NCBI RefSeq assembly: GCF_009914755.1
Contig: NC_060931.1
Strand: one strand, 5' to 3'
Source: the human T2T-CHM13v2.0 reference genome, Homo sapiens
DNA: 64,000 bases
The notes beneath the pieces are model-generated. The model was not told the origin of the DNA. It worked only from the letters and a program-made list of their open reading frames with translations, and ran no database searches. Made by a program: the position numbers and the translations under genes. Each line of letters starts with the position of its first letter. The stretch's first letter is position 1. This document shows positions 23,497 through 37,950 of the stretch, one piece after another.

Positions 23497-23820
23497 TTCC
23501 TTCCTTCCTTCCTTCCTTCCTTCCTTCCTTTTTCTTTCTTTTTTGAGACAGTCTCACTCTGTTGCCCAGGCTGGAGTGCAGTGGCATCTCAGCTCACTGC
23601 AACCTCTGCCTCTCGGGTTCAAGCGATTCTAATGCCTTAGCCTCCAGTGTAGCTGGGGTTATAGGCACTCACTACCATGCCTGGCTAATTTTTGTATTTT
23701 TATTAGAGATGGGGTTTCACCATGTTGGCCAGGCTGGTCTCAAACTCCTGGCCTTATGTGATCCATTCACCTCAGCCTCCCAAAGTGCTGGTATTATAGG
23801 AGGGAGCCACTGTGTCTGCT
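23497..23820 (-). mobile_element. Alu with (TTCC)n tail
   Basis: Antisense Alu. Confidence 0.88.
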
Positions 23821-24977
23821 CAAATCACTGATTTTTAAATTACTATTTAAAGAACCGTTTCTGTTTATACCTCATTGGCCACACTCAGTCACGTGACCTC
23901 ACTCAGCTGCAAGGGAGGCTGGGAAATGCATTCCCCATTTTGCATAGACATGTACACAACACAAAATTAGACACTGTGCTCCCCAGGGAGAAGGCAAAAA
24001 GGGTCACTGGGGGCCTACTGGCACTCTCTGGCACAGACAGCTTTTAATATTTCTAGAAGTTGAGAGGAGGCTAAGGTCTGAAGGAGAAAATAGGTAATAG
24101 ACAGCTAAAGAAAGGGTGAAGAAGGGCCAGGCAGGTTAAGGGAATGGGCAGGTGCAAGGCTGAGGCTTCCACAAAGGAAGAAGCTTGGTGGAAGGCCAGT
24201 GGGGAAAAGCGGGTAGTGGTGGAAGAGAATAAATAGAAGAGGGCAAGGAGTGAGCCAGGCGGGGCCTGGGAAGCCATGCGAAGATATTTAGACTTCCAGT
24301 ATCATGGGAGCCTTAGCAGCATTTTAAACAGGGAAGTGACGTGATCCAATTTACATTTTGAAAAGGTCATGCTAGCTGTTGCCTGACAGTTAATTTGAAG
24401 GGAAGGAGAGATGTGGAAAAACGAGCTAGGGAGCTATGGCAACCTACTCTGGGCAGATCGGAAGGATGTAAGAAATGAGGGGAGGAAGGGATTAGTTTTT
24501 GCTTCATTGCTATCTTGATAATTGCTTTGTACAGACATTTAGCTCTTTCTTGTTAGTTTCCCAGAATGAAGCCCCTGAGTGATGATTTTTCTCTCATTTG
24601 GGCTGGTTCTAGTCTGGTTGCAATTATTATCAGTTTTTGCACATTGGCAACAACATGCAACTTAACAGCAAATAAAATAAATAGCTGAGATGCAGAACTG
24701 AACAGATGGAGTCACCCCCTCCTCCTCAGCAAAATCAGCAGCATGGGCTCTGCTCCCCACCTCCCACCCCATTCCACCTCCCCCTTCCCGATTTTTTTTT
24801 TCTGGAACTTTAATATGCGTCACACCCATCCAATATAGCCACAGCTGGCCTTTTTCATATTTATATCTGTCTCTAAAGCTTTGCATCAGGAACTTTGGAA
24901 CAAGATCTGAAATACAAATTTAATGTTCTTTTCCTTTACTTTCAACTTTCATTTCCTTGATCCTGAAATGGCTCGAG

Positions 24978-25021
24978 TTTCAGGAGCAGCAGAAAGGTGG
25001 AGACCAACAAGAACAGCTCAG
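24978..25021 (+). CDS. GARIN1B: GARIN1B exon 5 (SFRSSRKVETNKNSSG); alternative acceptor at 24984
   Basis: gag|TTTCAG|G tandem acceptors, both in phase; strong donor CAG|gtaagg. Confidence 0.82.
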
Positions 25022-26311
25022 GTAAGGGAGGGCACAGGGTACCATGCCTCAAAGAGCTTTCTACTCTGGATATAAGAATAAGATCCCCTCCAGCCCCCAT
25101 CCTGGTTGTCCTGGTGCTGTCAGTATTGCCATTGTCCTTCCATGCCTTAGTTTGAATTCCTTTAGGCTCTCTGGCCACCACAATCAAGTTGGCACCAAGT
25201 CCTAACCAATTTCTTTCTTTGCAATGTATCTTGTATTCTTTACTTCATTTCTACACCCACAGACCCTACCCCAGCCCAGCCCTTCTCATCTCAAGCCTGT
25301 AGCACTCTTCCATAAGTTCATTTATCCATTTATTCATTCAAAACCACGCACTGAGTGCCAATTACTGTGATGGGCTCTAGGGCCACCATGTAGAAAGACA
25401 CCATGTTCCCGCAAGAAGTTTATAATTTGGTGGTGTCAGATGGGAAAATCCCCGAATTACAAAATGTCTCCTTCCAGGCAACATTCAAAGCTTGTGCCTA
25501 GGGTGCCAAAGGAGCACAAAGAAGGGGGTCCCTCATTCCTGCCAGGAAGCTTGCCTGGGAGGCATGGTTTCTGAACTGAGTCATAGACAATGAGTGCAGG
25601 TGAGCTGGCTGAAACAGGTAACGCAGGGCATTCTAGGAAGAAGAGACAGAGTCTGCAAGAGGGAGCATGACACATTCTGGAAAAAGCAGCCAGTTCCCTA
25701 TTTCCAGGTTCTAGTTCACCCCAAATCCACTCAATTCGGCATGCATGGCCCTGCACAATCTTCCCCCATCTCACCCATCTCACCTGCTCACTCACTCTTC
25801 CTCTAATAGCAGCCCTCTGCCTAATCATCTTCTCTAGCCCAAATCTTTTGCTCCAGCAAACCTTAGCCATCCCATGCCTCCTTCATCCCCCATCCACTCC
25901 CTTCCCCCGATGCTTCACTCTAAATCCTCCCTATCCTTCTAAATCCTACCCTTCACACAACACCTTCCTGCCAGGCTAATCCTTCCTCGGTCATAACCTC
26001 TCTTTCATTATTCCCTAGTTGTTTTATAGGTTTGAGGGATATTTCTTCAGTGAATACTAAATTGTTTTCAGGCTTCTCAATTATCCACAGCATGAAGCAG
26101 AGGCCTGAGAACACAATGGGAGGCAATTAATACCCATATACCATGGCACTAATAAATTATTCCTTCACGTTGGCTCAGTAGGCAGCCAAAATATCATAAG
26201 ATATTTATAAATTTAGAGAAGGCTGTAGGTCCCAGGGGAACTCTGCTAACTTTCGTCTAAATCAGGGATTACAAATGCATAGGACTGCAGGTGGTATAAA
26301 TGGGTAAAGGG

Positions 26312-26602
26312 GGCAGGGCGCGGTGGCTCACGCCTGTAATCCCAGCACTTTGGGAGGCCGAGGTGGATGGATCACGAGGTTAGGAGTTCGAGACCAGCCT
26401 AGCCAACATGGTGAAACCCCATCTCTACTAAAAATACAAAAATTGGCTGGGCATGATGGTGCGTACCTGTAGTCCCAGCTACTCGGGAGGCTGAGACAGG
26501 AGAATCGCTTGAATCTGGGAAAGTGGAGGTTGCAGTGAGCCGAGATCACGCCACTGCACTCCAGCCTGGTGACAGAGCGAGACTCAGACTTAAAAAAAAA
26601 AA
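26312..26602 (+). mobile_element. Alu (Sg-like)
   Basis: TSD aaatgg(g/a)taaaggg. Confidence 0.9.
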
Positions 26603-27480
26603 TGGATAAAGGGCTGGGTGACATGGATGTAAGAAAAGGTTAACTTTTCTCTAAATTCTGTTATAAGTAAAACAACTGCTGGCAGCTGACACTTGGTGTC
26701 AAAACTGAGAAGACAGCAGGGAGTGGTGGGGATAGTGGCAATGAGAAAGTGAAAGCTTCAATTAAGACTTCCATTCGTTGTTGCCATGCTGGAATCCAGG
26801 CCAAATATTCTGATTTTTCAAGAGAAGCCAAAAGATCTGGACATATGTGGCATACCACCTTCCCATAAAATATTCAAGCATAGTATTGGCTAACACTTAG
26901 TGGGCAAACAAAACATATCTGCAGACCACATTCAGCCTGGAGGCTGCCAGCTCACAGCCCCTGTTCTAAATGGTGAGCACAGCTGTGGCTGCCTCACATT
27001 TTGTCCAAGCCTAAGAATGTTTTCTCATGTTATGCGACTAATGACATGATGGTGACTCATTTCTCTGCATTTAAACATACATTCAAACACACATATGTAT
27101 AAACATACACACTCAAAACATACCCCATGACATTAGGGTTGAAGAAAACAGATGTGAGGAATATTTCAAACATTTCTGGGACTTGAGAAAACAGCTAGAA
27201 TTTTAGGGTCGCAGGGTATCTGGCATCATGGGACCTACCACGGCCAAGATGTTCCTAGGCTGAAATTGAATTGAAATTAACCATCCCAGGTGGCCTCCAG
27301 GCCCTCTTTTCTCATTCGGCGAGGGAGTGTAGTCTCTCAGTTTAAAAAGACTGTTATACCCCAGCCTCTGGAACTTTTGGATGAAAAAGAGACTTAAAAT
27401 TGGAAAAACCAGAGGCCCAACAGCACCTGTGTGGCTGAATCTTTCCACTCACCACCAGCAGGTGGTATGGCCTATTATTG

Positions 27481-27640
27481 CAGTGCTTCCCAAACTTTAA
27501 TGTCCAAACAGTCCCCCATAGATCTTGTTAAAAGGCAGATTCTAATTTCTTGGGTCTAGCGGGATTGAGACTGCGATTCTAACATGCTCCCAGGTAATGC
27601 CCAAGGTGCTGGGCTGTGGGCCATCCTTTGAAGAGCCAGG
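27481..27640. mobile_element. MER5A-like element
   Basis: cagtgcttcccaaacttt...cttgttaaaaggcagattct...tctaacatgctcccaggt. Confidence 0.65.
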
Positions 27641-27968
27641 GCCAAGTGGACCAAGAACAGGCTCTAGCTTAAGGTCTTCTGGGTTCAAGGCCATTGCTAG
27701 TTCAGCTAGATGAGTCTCCTGGGGAAATCCACTCAGTTAACCCATCTGAATCATATTGGGTCTCTCCTTTTACTGGTGCTGTCTTGTTCACGTGACATAC
27801 TGGTAAGAACGTGGACTCTGGAGCCAGGCTGCCAGGCTTGGAATTCTGACTCTGCTTCTCCTTGTGTGACAGTTGGTAAGTTACTCACCCTCTCTGACCT
27901 CACAGAGGTGAGGATTAAAGGACCATGAATGCACGTAATTGTTTGGAATGGTGCCTGGCACATCATAA

Positions 27969-28589
<621 letters not shown>

Positions 28590-28788
28590 TAGGTTAAGGG
28601 GGCTGGGGTGGGGTCAGACCTCCCTAAGGTCCCAGTCCTTCTGTCTTCATGCTCAAGGCCCATTCGTCCATCCACACATTCATTTAACAAACATTTGTGA
28701 AGTACTTCCTATGTGCCTCTGTTTGACCAGAGATAGATTTCCCTAAAAGGGAGGGGTGATTTCTGTTTTCTAAAGTAAAATGTCATGA

Positions 28789-29113
<325 letters not shown>

Positions 29114-29249
29114 ACCACCAACCCTTATAAGATACCTATTATAGATAGTTGACAATTTTTTTAAATTAGCATAAGTATCTGTGTGCCCACAAAAGAGCTT
29201 TTTAGGTAATTTATATCCTATCAAACACTTTTCTCTCCTACACTCACAG

Positions 29250-29263
29250 GAAATTCTATTTGA
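29250..29263 (+). CDS. GARIN1B: GARIN1B last exon, coding part (GNSI*)
   Basis: Polypyrimidine tract then cacag|GA AAT TCT ATT TGA; completes a 344-aa ORF. Confidence 0.85.
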
Positions 29264-29872
29264 GCCACCCTTCCGCACTGGGGAGAATCTATGCAAGCCT
29301 CATCAACACCACTTTGCAGCATTCAGCTGCTGAGGGATTATCGGGATGGAGAGTAGGAGAAAACTGCAACCAAGGAAGAATAGAGTCATCTCACGGTGAC
29401 AGCAGAGCCTTTCCAGCTGTACATAACCACGTCCTCGCCACTGCACCTCGGCATATGCCACCTCCATGCCACTGCCAGAGCTGGCCTAGCAAGATGTGCT
29501 CTCAGAATGGCCGGGCCCAAGAGATGAAGGAAAGGAGTGAAAGGGAAGTAGGACCAGAGAAGTGGAAGGAAGCAAAATGGAGGTGATGAGAAAGGTGGTG
29601 GGAGAAAGTCAGCAGATGAGAGACACAAAGAGAAGTGGTAATAGGAAACGGAAGAGACTTGGTAGACGAGATAAGGAGGACAAGAGAAGGGACACACCCC
29701 TGAGAGATGCTCACCAAGCTTCTATTTATCTAATTTAAAACTTGAAAGTAAAGCCATAAACAAAAAAAAGAAATGTTTTCTTCCCTGCTCAGACCATTCT
29801 GGACAAATGTGAACTGCCAGACACCTTCCATTTCCCTTTCTATCTGTTTTTCTTGCTAGTTCCTGTCTTCTG

Positions 29873-29878
29873 ATTAAA
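29873..29878 (+). terminator. Probable GARIN1B polyA signal ATTAAA
   Basis: Common variant hexamer ~610 nt after the stop, followed by U/GU-rich sequence. Confidence 0.6.
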
Positions 29879-30277
29879 GCTTCATTCCTTCTTTGTTGGC
29901 CTGTTCCCTAACTTGGACTTGCTAGCCCTGTTGTTCCTAATAGAGGTTTGGGTTTGAGCTGCAGAAAGGTTCTTATAGGAGGTAGTAAGACAAGGTGTGT
30001 AAGGTAGGGCGAATTTCTCTTTTGTGTTCAAATTCCCTAAGTTTGCTATTATCTCCGTGCCGCAAACACTGGCTCAACTTCTTTTTTGTATAACACTCCC
30101 TTGAAATGTCGACATACCTTGTTAGTGCTTTTTAAATTAGAGATTCCAGAGATAGGAGATATAGGCTCAACATACAGGTTAATCAGAGGTTTACCAATTA
30201 TAGATGAAGGGAGTCATGAAGGAGTGTTTGTCAGATGGTCTATGGACTGGCCTCTTTGTTTAAAATGTGCAATAGTG

Positions 30278-30574
<297 letters not shown>

Positions 30575-32287
30575 TCACATTTAATGAGAAACAGACTATG
30601 AGTATTTCAGGAAAGCTGTCCATCCCCCAGCTGGGGAGGGTATTTTGATTTGACTTAAGATATCCTAGCAGCATCTTTTTCCTCACTTAACTAGTTTTCA
30701 GCCTGAAATTGTTAGAAGGCTAAAAAATAAGCTCCTGGATCACCATTACTCAAAGGCTGAGTTATGTCCTAATTCTTAGTGATTTCAGCATCCACATGGA
30801 TGATCCTTCCCATACTTTGATCTCTGTTCCCTGAACTCCTGCCTTCCAGCAATGCTTTTTCCACCCTCCTCGACCACTGTCTCCCTTGATTTTACCCTAG
30901 TGTTTGTCATTAATAACTGCACCTAACCCCATTATTTCCACTCCCTAGCTATAACACCTCCTATTTTTTCCTGAGTCCAATAATCCATTGACCCACCAAT
31001 CCTACAATCTATTGCTTCTACCAGGTTTTCACTGTTCCTCGCTCTCTTCATGTTCTCATTTCCTTCCCCTGTAACCTAGATTATCTGTGATCAGTCATTA
31101 TTATTATCACTTCCTGGCATGCATTCTCAACATCTTTGTGACTCTCTCACTTTCTTCCCTTGGCTAAATTCAGTTCTCTACCAGCTCCATGCCTGTGTGA
31201 TGCTGCTGAACTTGCCACTGAACCTCTCTGGAGAAGATCACATGACATACTAACCAGTCTCCCTGCAAAGTCATCATCATGGCCTCAAGGGGGTCCTTGA
31301 TGTTGCCTGGAAATCATCATGTGTTCTCCTAAATCTGTTCACTCTGCTGAATGGCTATTTCACACCTCTCTCCTCTAACTGCCAATGCCTCCTCCTGATG
31401 ACCCTGCTTCCTATTTCACTGAGAACATAGTCAGAATTGAAAGAGAATTTCAGGCTCTCACCACCATATCTACCAATTACCTAGATCCAGACCCATTGAC
31501 TCTAGCTTCTCTCTTTGTTACTATGGAGGAACTGTCTCTCCAAGCAGAGTCCAGCTCTTCCCCTTTTGTAGTAGATCCCATTCCATCTCACCCAAATATG
31601 TCACACCAGCAACTTTTCCTTTTTCCTACGTCATCAGTTTGATCTCTACTTCCAGATCCTTCCCATCAGCAACGAACATACTGGCATGCCTCCTAAACAT
31701 ACTTATTTCTTACAATAAAAACAGAACAAAATAAAACAAAACCTCTCTTGGCCCCTCTGCCTCCTTGCTCCAGTTTTCTCCACCCCTTTACAGAAAACTC
31801 CATGAAAGGGAACCAACTTTTAAAAATCTCCATTGTCTCTTGAAGTCCTTCAACCAGGTTTTTGCATTCACTACCTTGACAAACCTGTCAAAGATTCCCA
31901 CACTGCTAAAGCCCATGGCCAACTGGGCCCCACCTCACTGTCAGCAGCATGCTTTCTCCCTGAACCTTTTCTTCACTTGGCTTCCAGGACACTCTCCTGG
32001 CTTTCCTTCTCCCTCATTGACCTTTTTCTCAGTTCCTTTGCTGATTCATTCTCATCAACACCCCCCAATCATATCTGAACATCAGAAATTCCCAGGATTC
32101 AGTCCTTAAGTCTCTTGTAATCAAAACACACAGATTTCATGCCACAAATATACTCGTAAATTTATATATTTAGTCCAGACCACCATGTACTCGAGATACA
32201 TATCCAACTGCCTAGTCGATATCTCTACTTGAATGTCTAATATGTATCTCAACATGCCCAAAACAAATCTCTCAATATTATCCCTCA

Positions 32288-32404
<117 letters not shown>

Positions 32405-33576
32405 CTACAGCCTGGGCGACAGAGCGAGACTCTGTCTCAGAAAAAAAAAAAAATTATCCCTCAAAACTTTGTTCTCTCTAAAGTCTTCTCCATCCTAATA
32501 AGCAGAAGCCTCATTTTTCTACTTGCTCAAAACCCTGGAGTCATCCTTAACTCCTCTCTTTCTCTCCACCCTATTTCCAACCCATTAGGAAATCCTTTCA
32601 AACTACTTTCAAAATATATTCAGAATTTGATATTCTCACTACTTCCACTGCTACCAACCTGGACCAAACCATCATCATCACTCACCTGGATTGTTGCAAA
32701 CACCTCCTAAATGCACTCCGTTCCTAACCTTACTCCCTTTCAGTCTAATGTGATCCTTTAAAAATCTTAGATCATGTTTCTTCTCTGCTCAAAACCTTCC
32801 AATGGTTTCCCTTCTGTATTAGTTAAGGCAATGCTAGCTCTGAAAGAGATAAATCCTAATATATCAATGGCATAAAATAGCTAATAGAAGTTCTACTTCT
32901 CATTCACAAAGAGTCCAAAAATGGTGTTCCTGGTTCAAAAACTGAGTGGCAGTTTCACAGGAACCTGGGCTTCTTCCATCTTGTGGCTCTGCCATCTGCA
33001 ATACACAGCTTCTAGCCACAGAAAGAGAATGAGCTTGGAGAATTACACATGGCAGGTCTGTATGGCCAGTACTGGAAGTAGTGTACAACATCTCCACCCT
33101 CCTTCCTTCAGTCAGAGCTCAGTCATATGACCATACTGGAAGGGAGGCTGGGAAATGTAGTCTAGCTGGGTTCACAGAAAGAAGAAGAAACAATTTAGCA
33201 AATAGTCAGTCTTCATATCCTCTCACTCATCATAGCGAAAGCTAAAGTCCTTGCAATAGCCTAAAGGCCCTACATGGTGTCCCTCTCTCCCTCCCTCATT
33301 CCTGTTGCTCCCTCTCTGACCTCATGTCCTCTACTCTCCTTGCTACTGTACTGCAGTCCCACTGGCTTCCAGTTGCTCCTCAAACACTTCAAACATACTC
33401 CCAACTCAGGGCCTTGCCTTGGTGTTCCCTTTTCCTGGAATGTTCACCACCTTCAGATGTTCACTCACGTGTCACCCTCTCATGAGCTTCCCTGGCCACC
33501 TTTTCTGAGATGGCAACGCCACTCCTGATAGTCCCAACACTCACTGTTCTCCTTTCCTGCCTTATTTTTCTCCTTA

Positions 33577-34457
33577 TGTAAGCAGACAGAGAGGGTCTGT
33601 ATTAGTCCATTCTTGTATTGCTATAAAGAAATACCTGAGACTGGGTAATTTACAAAGAAAAGAGATTTAATTGGCTCAGAGTTCTGCAGCTGTACAGGAA
33701 GCACAGTGGCTTCTGCTTCTTGGGAGGCCTCAGGGAAATTATGGCGGAAGGCAATGGGGAAGCAGATACGTCTTGCATGGCTGGAGCAGGAGGAAGGGGC
33801 GGGGGAGGTGCCACAGACTTTAAATGAACAGATCTCATTAGAAATCACTCACTATACAGTACCAAGCGGGGATGGTGCTAAACCATTCATGAGAACTCCG
33901 CCCCATGATCCATTCACCTCCCACCAGGCCCCTCCTCCAATACTAGGGTTTACAACACAGATCCAAACCATATCAGGGTCTCCAGGGATAAAAGGAATTC
34001 AATCAACTCGAGCAATCAGCCTGTTTTACAGCCTTCTGCCCTGCAGCCTGTTCTTCCCCAAACCCTGCATGGAATGTGGTCACCTTGTTGGTTTGAACCA
34101 GCTCCTTGCAGACCCTGGCAATTTATAGATGAACTGAGTCAACTTTTCCCTTGACCATGCCAAAGTCTCCACCCTAGGAGGAGCTATAGCTTCGTTGCCA
34201 TAACATGCCACCTATGTTCTGGCATAATGACTCACTCGTTTGTGCCACTGGGACCCCTCCTCTACATGTGATTTTGCACTCTCTCCATCACCCTGTAAAA
34301 CCCTCCTGTCACTTTCCCCTGGGGAGACACTGCTTTAGAGAACATTCCCAGTATCCTTCTTACATATGCCAAGTAATAAAACTGCTATTGATCACAAACT
34401 GCGTTTTGCATTGTTTGTTACTCACTAAGCGAACAAACCCTGGTTTTTCAGGTAACA
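33577..34457 (+). mobile_element. ERV1-like solo LTR (subfamily uncertain) interrupted by an MST LTR
   Basis: TG...CA ends (tgtaagc...gtaaca); AATAAA at ~34375. Confidence 0.65.
33598..33975 (-). mobile_element. MST (MaLR) solo LTR
   Basis: tgtattagtcc...aaatacctgagactggg...aaaccatatca; 5-bp TSD gggtc. Confidence 0.88.
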
Positions 34458-35142
34458 GCACCTGTCACCACCTCTCATTCTATGTATGTTGCTTTTTTGT
34501 CTTGTTTATGGGCTGTCTCACCTACCTCTACACACCAGAGTATAAGCACCGTGACAGACTTAATTTTGTTCACTGTTGTATCCCCAGTTCCTAGAACAGT
34601 GTCTGCACACAGGAAACATTGAAAGTTCAGTAGCACCCATGAGCAGAGATGGGAAGCTTGGAGATGAATGTCAGCCTTTTATGGTGACACCATCATGCCG
34701 GCCCCAAGCAGTCCTTCAGTGCTGCTCTCACTCGATGGCCTCGGGTGCAGCTATTGGCGGCATTTCTAATATGTGTTGTCCCTCAGGTCCTTTTCTTCCT
34801 TCCTCCACCTACTTTCTAACTCTGGGGCTCCCATGAGGCCTAATCTGCTTTCGTCTCCTCAAAAAGTTTATCTGTTCTCATGGCTCCATCAGCCATCTGC
34901 TAGCCAACAACCCCTCCCAAATATCTCCTCCAGGCTCTTGGCTCTTTCTCTTTGGCTATTCCGCCATCACATAGACTTCCTATGTCTTGAACTCAATTGA
35001 CTTCCCTCATTCCATGCACCTAGCTCATTCTCCTAGTCTCCCATGATTAAACCTTTTAACTTTTGAGTGCTCCTTCTTCATTTCTTTCATTCGAGTGGTC
35101 ACTAAGCTCAGGACTTATTTCCACTTTTAAAATCTCTCTTGT

Positions 35143-35434
35143 GGCTGGGCACCGTGGCTCATGCCTGTAATCCCAGCACTTTGGGAGGCCGAGGCAGGCG
35201 GATCACTAGAGGTCAGGAGTTCGACATTGGCCTGACCAACATGGTGAAACCTTGTCTCTACTAAAAATACAAAAATTAGCCAGGCGTGGTGGCACATGCC
35301 TGTAATCCCAGTTACTTGGGAGGCTGAGGCAGGAGAATCACTTGAACCTAGGAGGCGGAGGTGCAGTGAGCCAAGGTCGCACCATTGCACTACAGCCTGG
35401 GCGACAAAAGCAAAACTCCATCTCAAAAAAAAAG

Positions 35435-35465
<31 letters not shown>
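35143..35465 (+). mobile_element. Alu (S-like)
   Basis: Alu dimer. Confidence 0.9.
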
Positions 35466-35706
35466 CTCTTGTATATAAAGGTTCATTTCCATTTCCCTTT
35501 CCCTTGCTAGGCCAGGCCCTTCTCCATTAGGGAACCTCAGGGTTGGAGGGCCCTATCTCTGGCACCCTCACTACCTGTTTAGCCTTTACTAGGACAATTC
35601 CAGGATGGATGGCGCACCATTAAGCTGAGTTCCTTGAGGACAGGGACGATGTCCTGTTTACTTTGGGTTCACCAGCACATAACACAGTGCCTGACCTTAA
35701 GGAGTT

Positions 35707-35943
<237 letters not shown>

Positions 35944-37199
35944 TTAAGGAGGTATTTTAAAAACTGTTTTCGAAATAATGCCTCCTGAGGTAGCCTGTTT
36001 TATTGTTAATACCCATTAGATGGCTTCCCTGTAGGCACAAGCTTAGAAACTTTCCCAGGAAGACCCACAGTTCCCACTGTCTTCAGTTCAGGTTCCTCAA
36101 ATTGACAAGATCTTCCATTACCTCTCCAAACTTACTATCCATGCTTTTCTTTCATTGTTTCCCCCCACCCCTTTTTTTAACCTTCCTCATTTGCTACCTG
36201 GCCTGAGAATTTACCTCCCACTCTGCCCTCCACTTGTCCTTATTCCTATTACTCTTCTTGCTGAATAGTCCATTTGGGACTTCCTTAGTCCAGCCTTAGT
36301 CATATCTTCCTCTGAAGCCTTCCCTGACTACCACCAAGGGTCACTGACACTCCTTTGAATGCCAGAAGGATTAGTTGTAAACCTTTCACGTTGACAGTAA
36401 CTAGCTTGCTTTCATGAGCTTAACTGTTTCATGAGTTTACAACTTGTCTCAATTTGATTTTAAACTACAGAGGCTTTATGTGCTAAGAATGCCACAGGTT
36501 TACATTCCATTTGTGTTGAAGCTATAGTAGCCTTTATTTGATATTTGTTTTAATTTCATGACATGAAATTAAATTTTCAGGGACATGCAACGGGTTCGGC
36601 CCATTCCCTTCACTTAACATTACTGAGCTGGGCAGTAAGCTCAGAGTTGCAGATATAAAGATGAATAGACAGATACCTACCCAGGAGCTTACTCTAGAAG
36701 AGGACAGATGGATAAGCTACATTTTATAGCAGAATTTGGCAAAGTGTACTGAAGCTATAAACAGCTATGATGGTAAATAAGGTAAGAATTATGCTTAGTG
36801 AGGTCAGGGAAGGCTTCTAGAGCTAACATCTGAACTGGGACTTCTATTGGCAAGGCAGAAAATCAGGAAAACGCACTTATTCCTGGCAGAGGAAGCCTCT
36901 TGATCAAAAATCTTAAGAGATGAAAAAGGACCGGTTGTTAGGAAACAGATGATGGTGCCCAGAGCGCAAGATGAGGGGGAGTGTTGGGAGATGGAGCTAA
37001 AAGATACACTGGTGCCAAAGACTGAAGAGCCTCCTGTAGATAGCGCAGGGCGCAGCGCTGAAGGGAAAGAAAAAGTTGGGATTGTTCAATAAAGTTGGTG
37101 ACTGATTCAGTCGGATTAATTCCGCCCTGGTGGTCTTGTGGGAATGAAGATAACTAGCAGGATAGTCTAAGAAGCCCTGTGGAAGCAGAGTCATGAGCT

Positions 37200-37950
37200 G
37201 TGAATGGGGACGTGGCGGCCACACGGCCGCGCCCACGCCACCCGCAGTACGGGGCTGGGGCTGGGGCTGGAGCCCGCCGTCCCAACAATCCCGGGGACGA
37301 GAGTTGGGCGGGAATCCGCTCCACGCAACTCGGCGCGGTCCCGGGGACGTGGCGCTTTCCAGCCAATCCCGGCTATGCGATTGTTAGACCAATGGCTACT
37401 CGGGGACGCTATGCGACAGCGGCGGGTTTGCTGATGATTGGTCGGGAGGCCGCCGGCGAGGCGGATGAGGGCGGGGTGCGGACCCGCTTCCGGTTGGGCG
37501 GTGCTTGCGCGCGTGAGCTGAGCCGGTGGGTGAGCGGCGGCCACGGCATCCTGTGCTGTGGGGGCTACGAGGAAAGGTAAGTACGGTGATGCCCAGCCCC
37601 TTCACCACTGCCTCATCTTTATTCGCTTTCTTTCTGTCCCCGGTCTTGTTCTTGGCGCGGCAGGGGACTGCCTCACTCGGTGCCGCTGTCTCTGCTGGCG
37701 CCCGGGTCCCAGGCCTGATGCTGCTGGAGATCCCGGGACCCTCTGTGTGCAGCCTGGGATGGAGGCCGCCGCCCGTCTTACCGCGCGCTCTGGGAAGGGG
37801 GCTGGTCCGGTGGAACTCTGTCCCGTTGGGTACTGTTCTGTGCCTGGTTTGCTGCGTCCTGGTCCTCCATCTCTAGGTCACGCCACTCACCGAGTCTCTG
37901 GCACCAGAGGGTCATTTTTTGCCTCCGGAAGGTCGGAGGGCATTTGGATA
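37200..37950 (+). promoter_or_regulatory. CALU: CALU CpG-island promoter (TATA-less; CCAAT 37363, 37389, ATTGG 37437; GC boxes; ETS cttccgg 37487)
   Basis: Dense CpG; motifs read directly. Confidence 0.88.
37490..37576 (+). other. CALU: CALU non-coding exon 1 (start approximate)
   Basis: Consensus donor AAG|gtaagt at 37576/37577 within the CpG island. Confidence 0.8.

Noticed and set aside
37348-37441. Canonical ERSE, ERSE-II or ERSE-26
   Set aside because: Spacing and sequence do not match exactly
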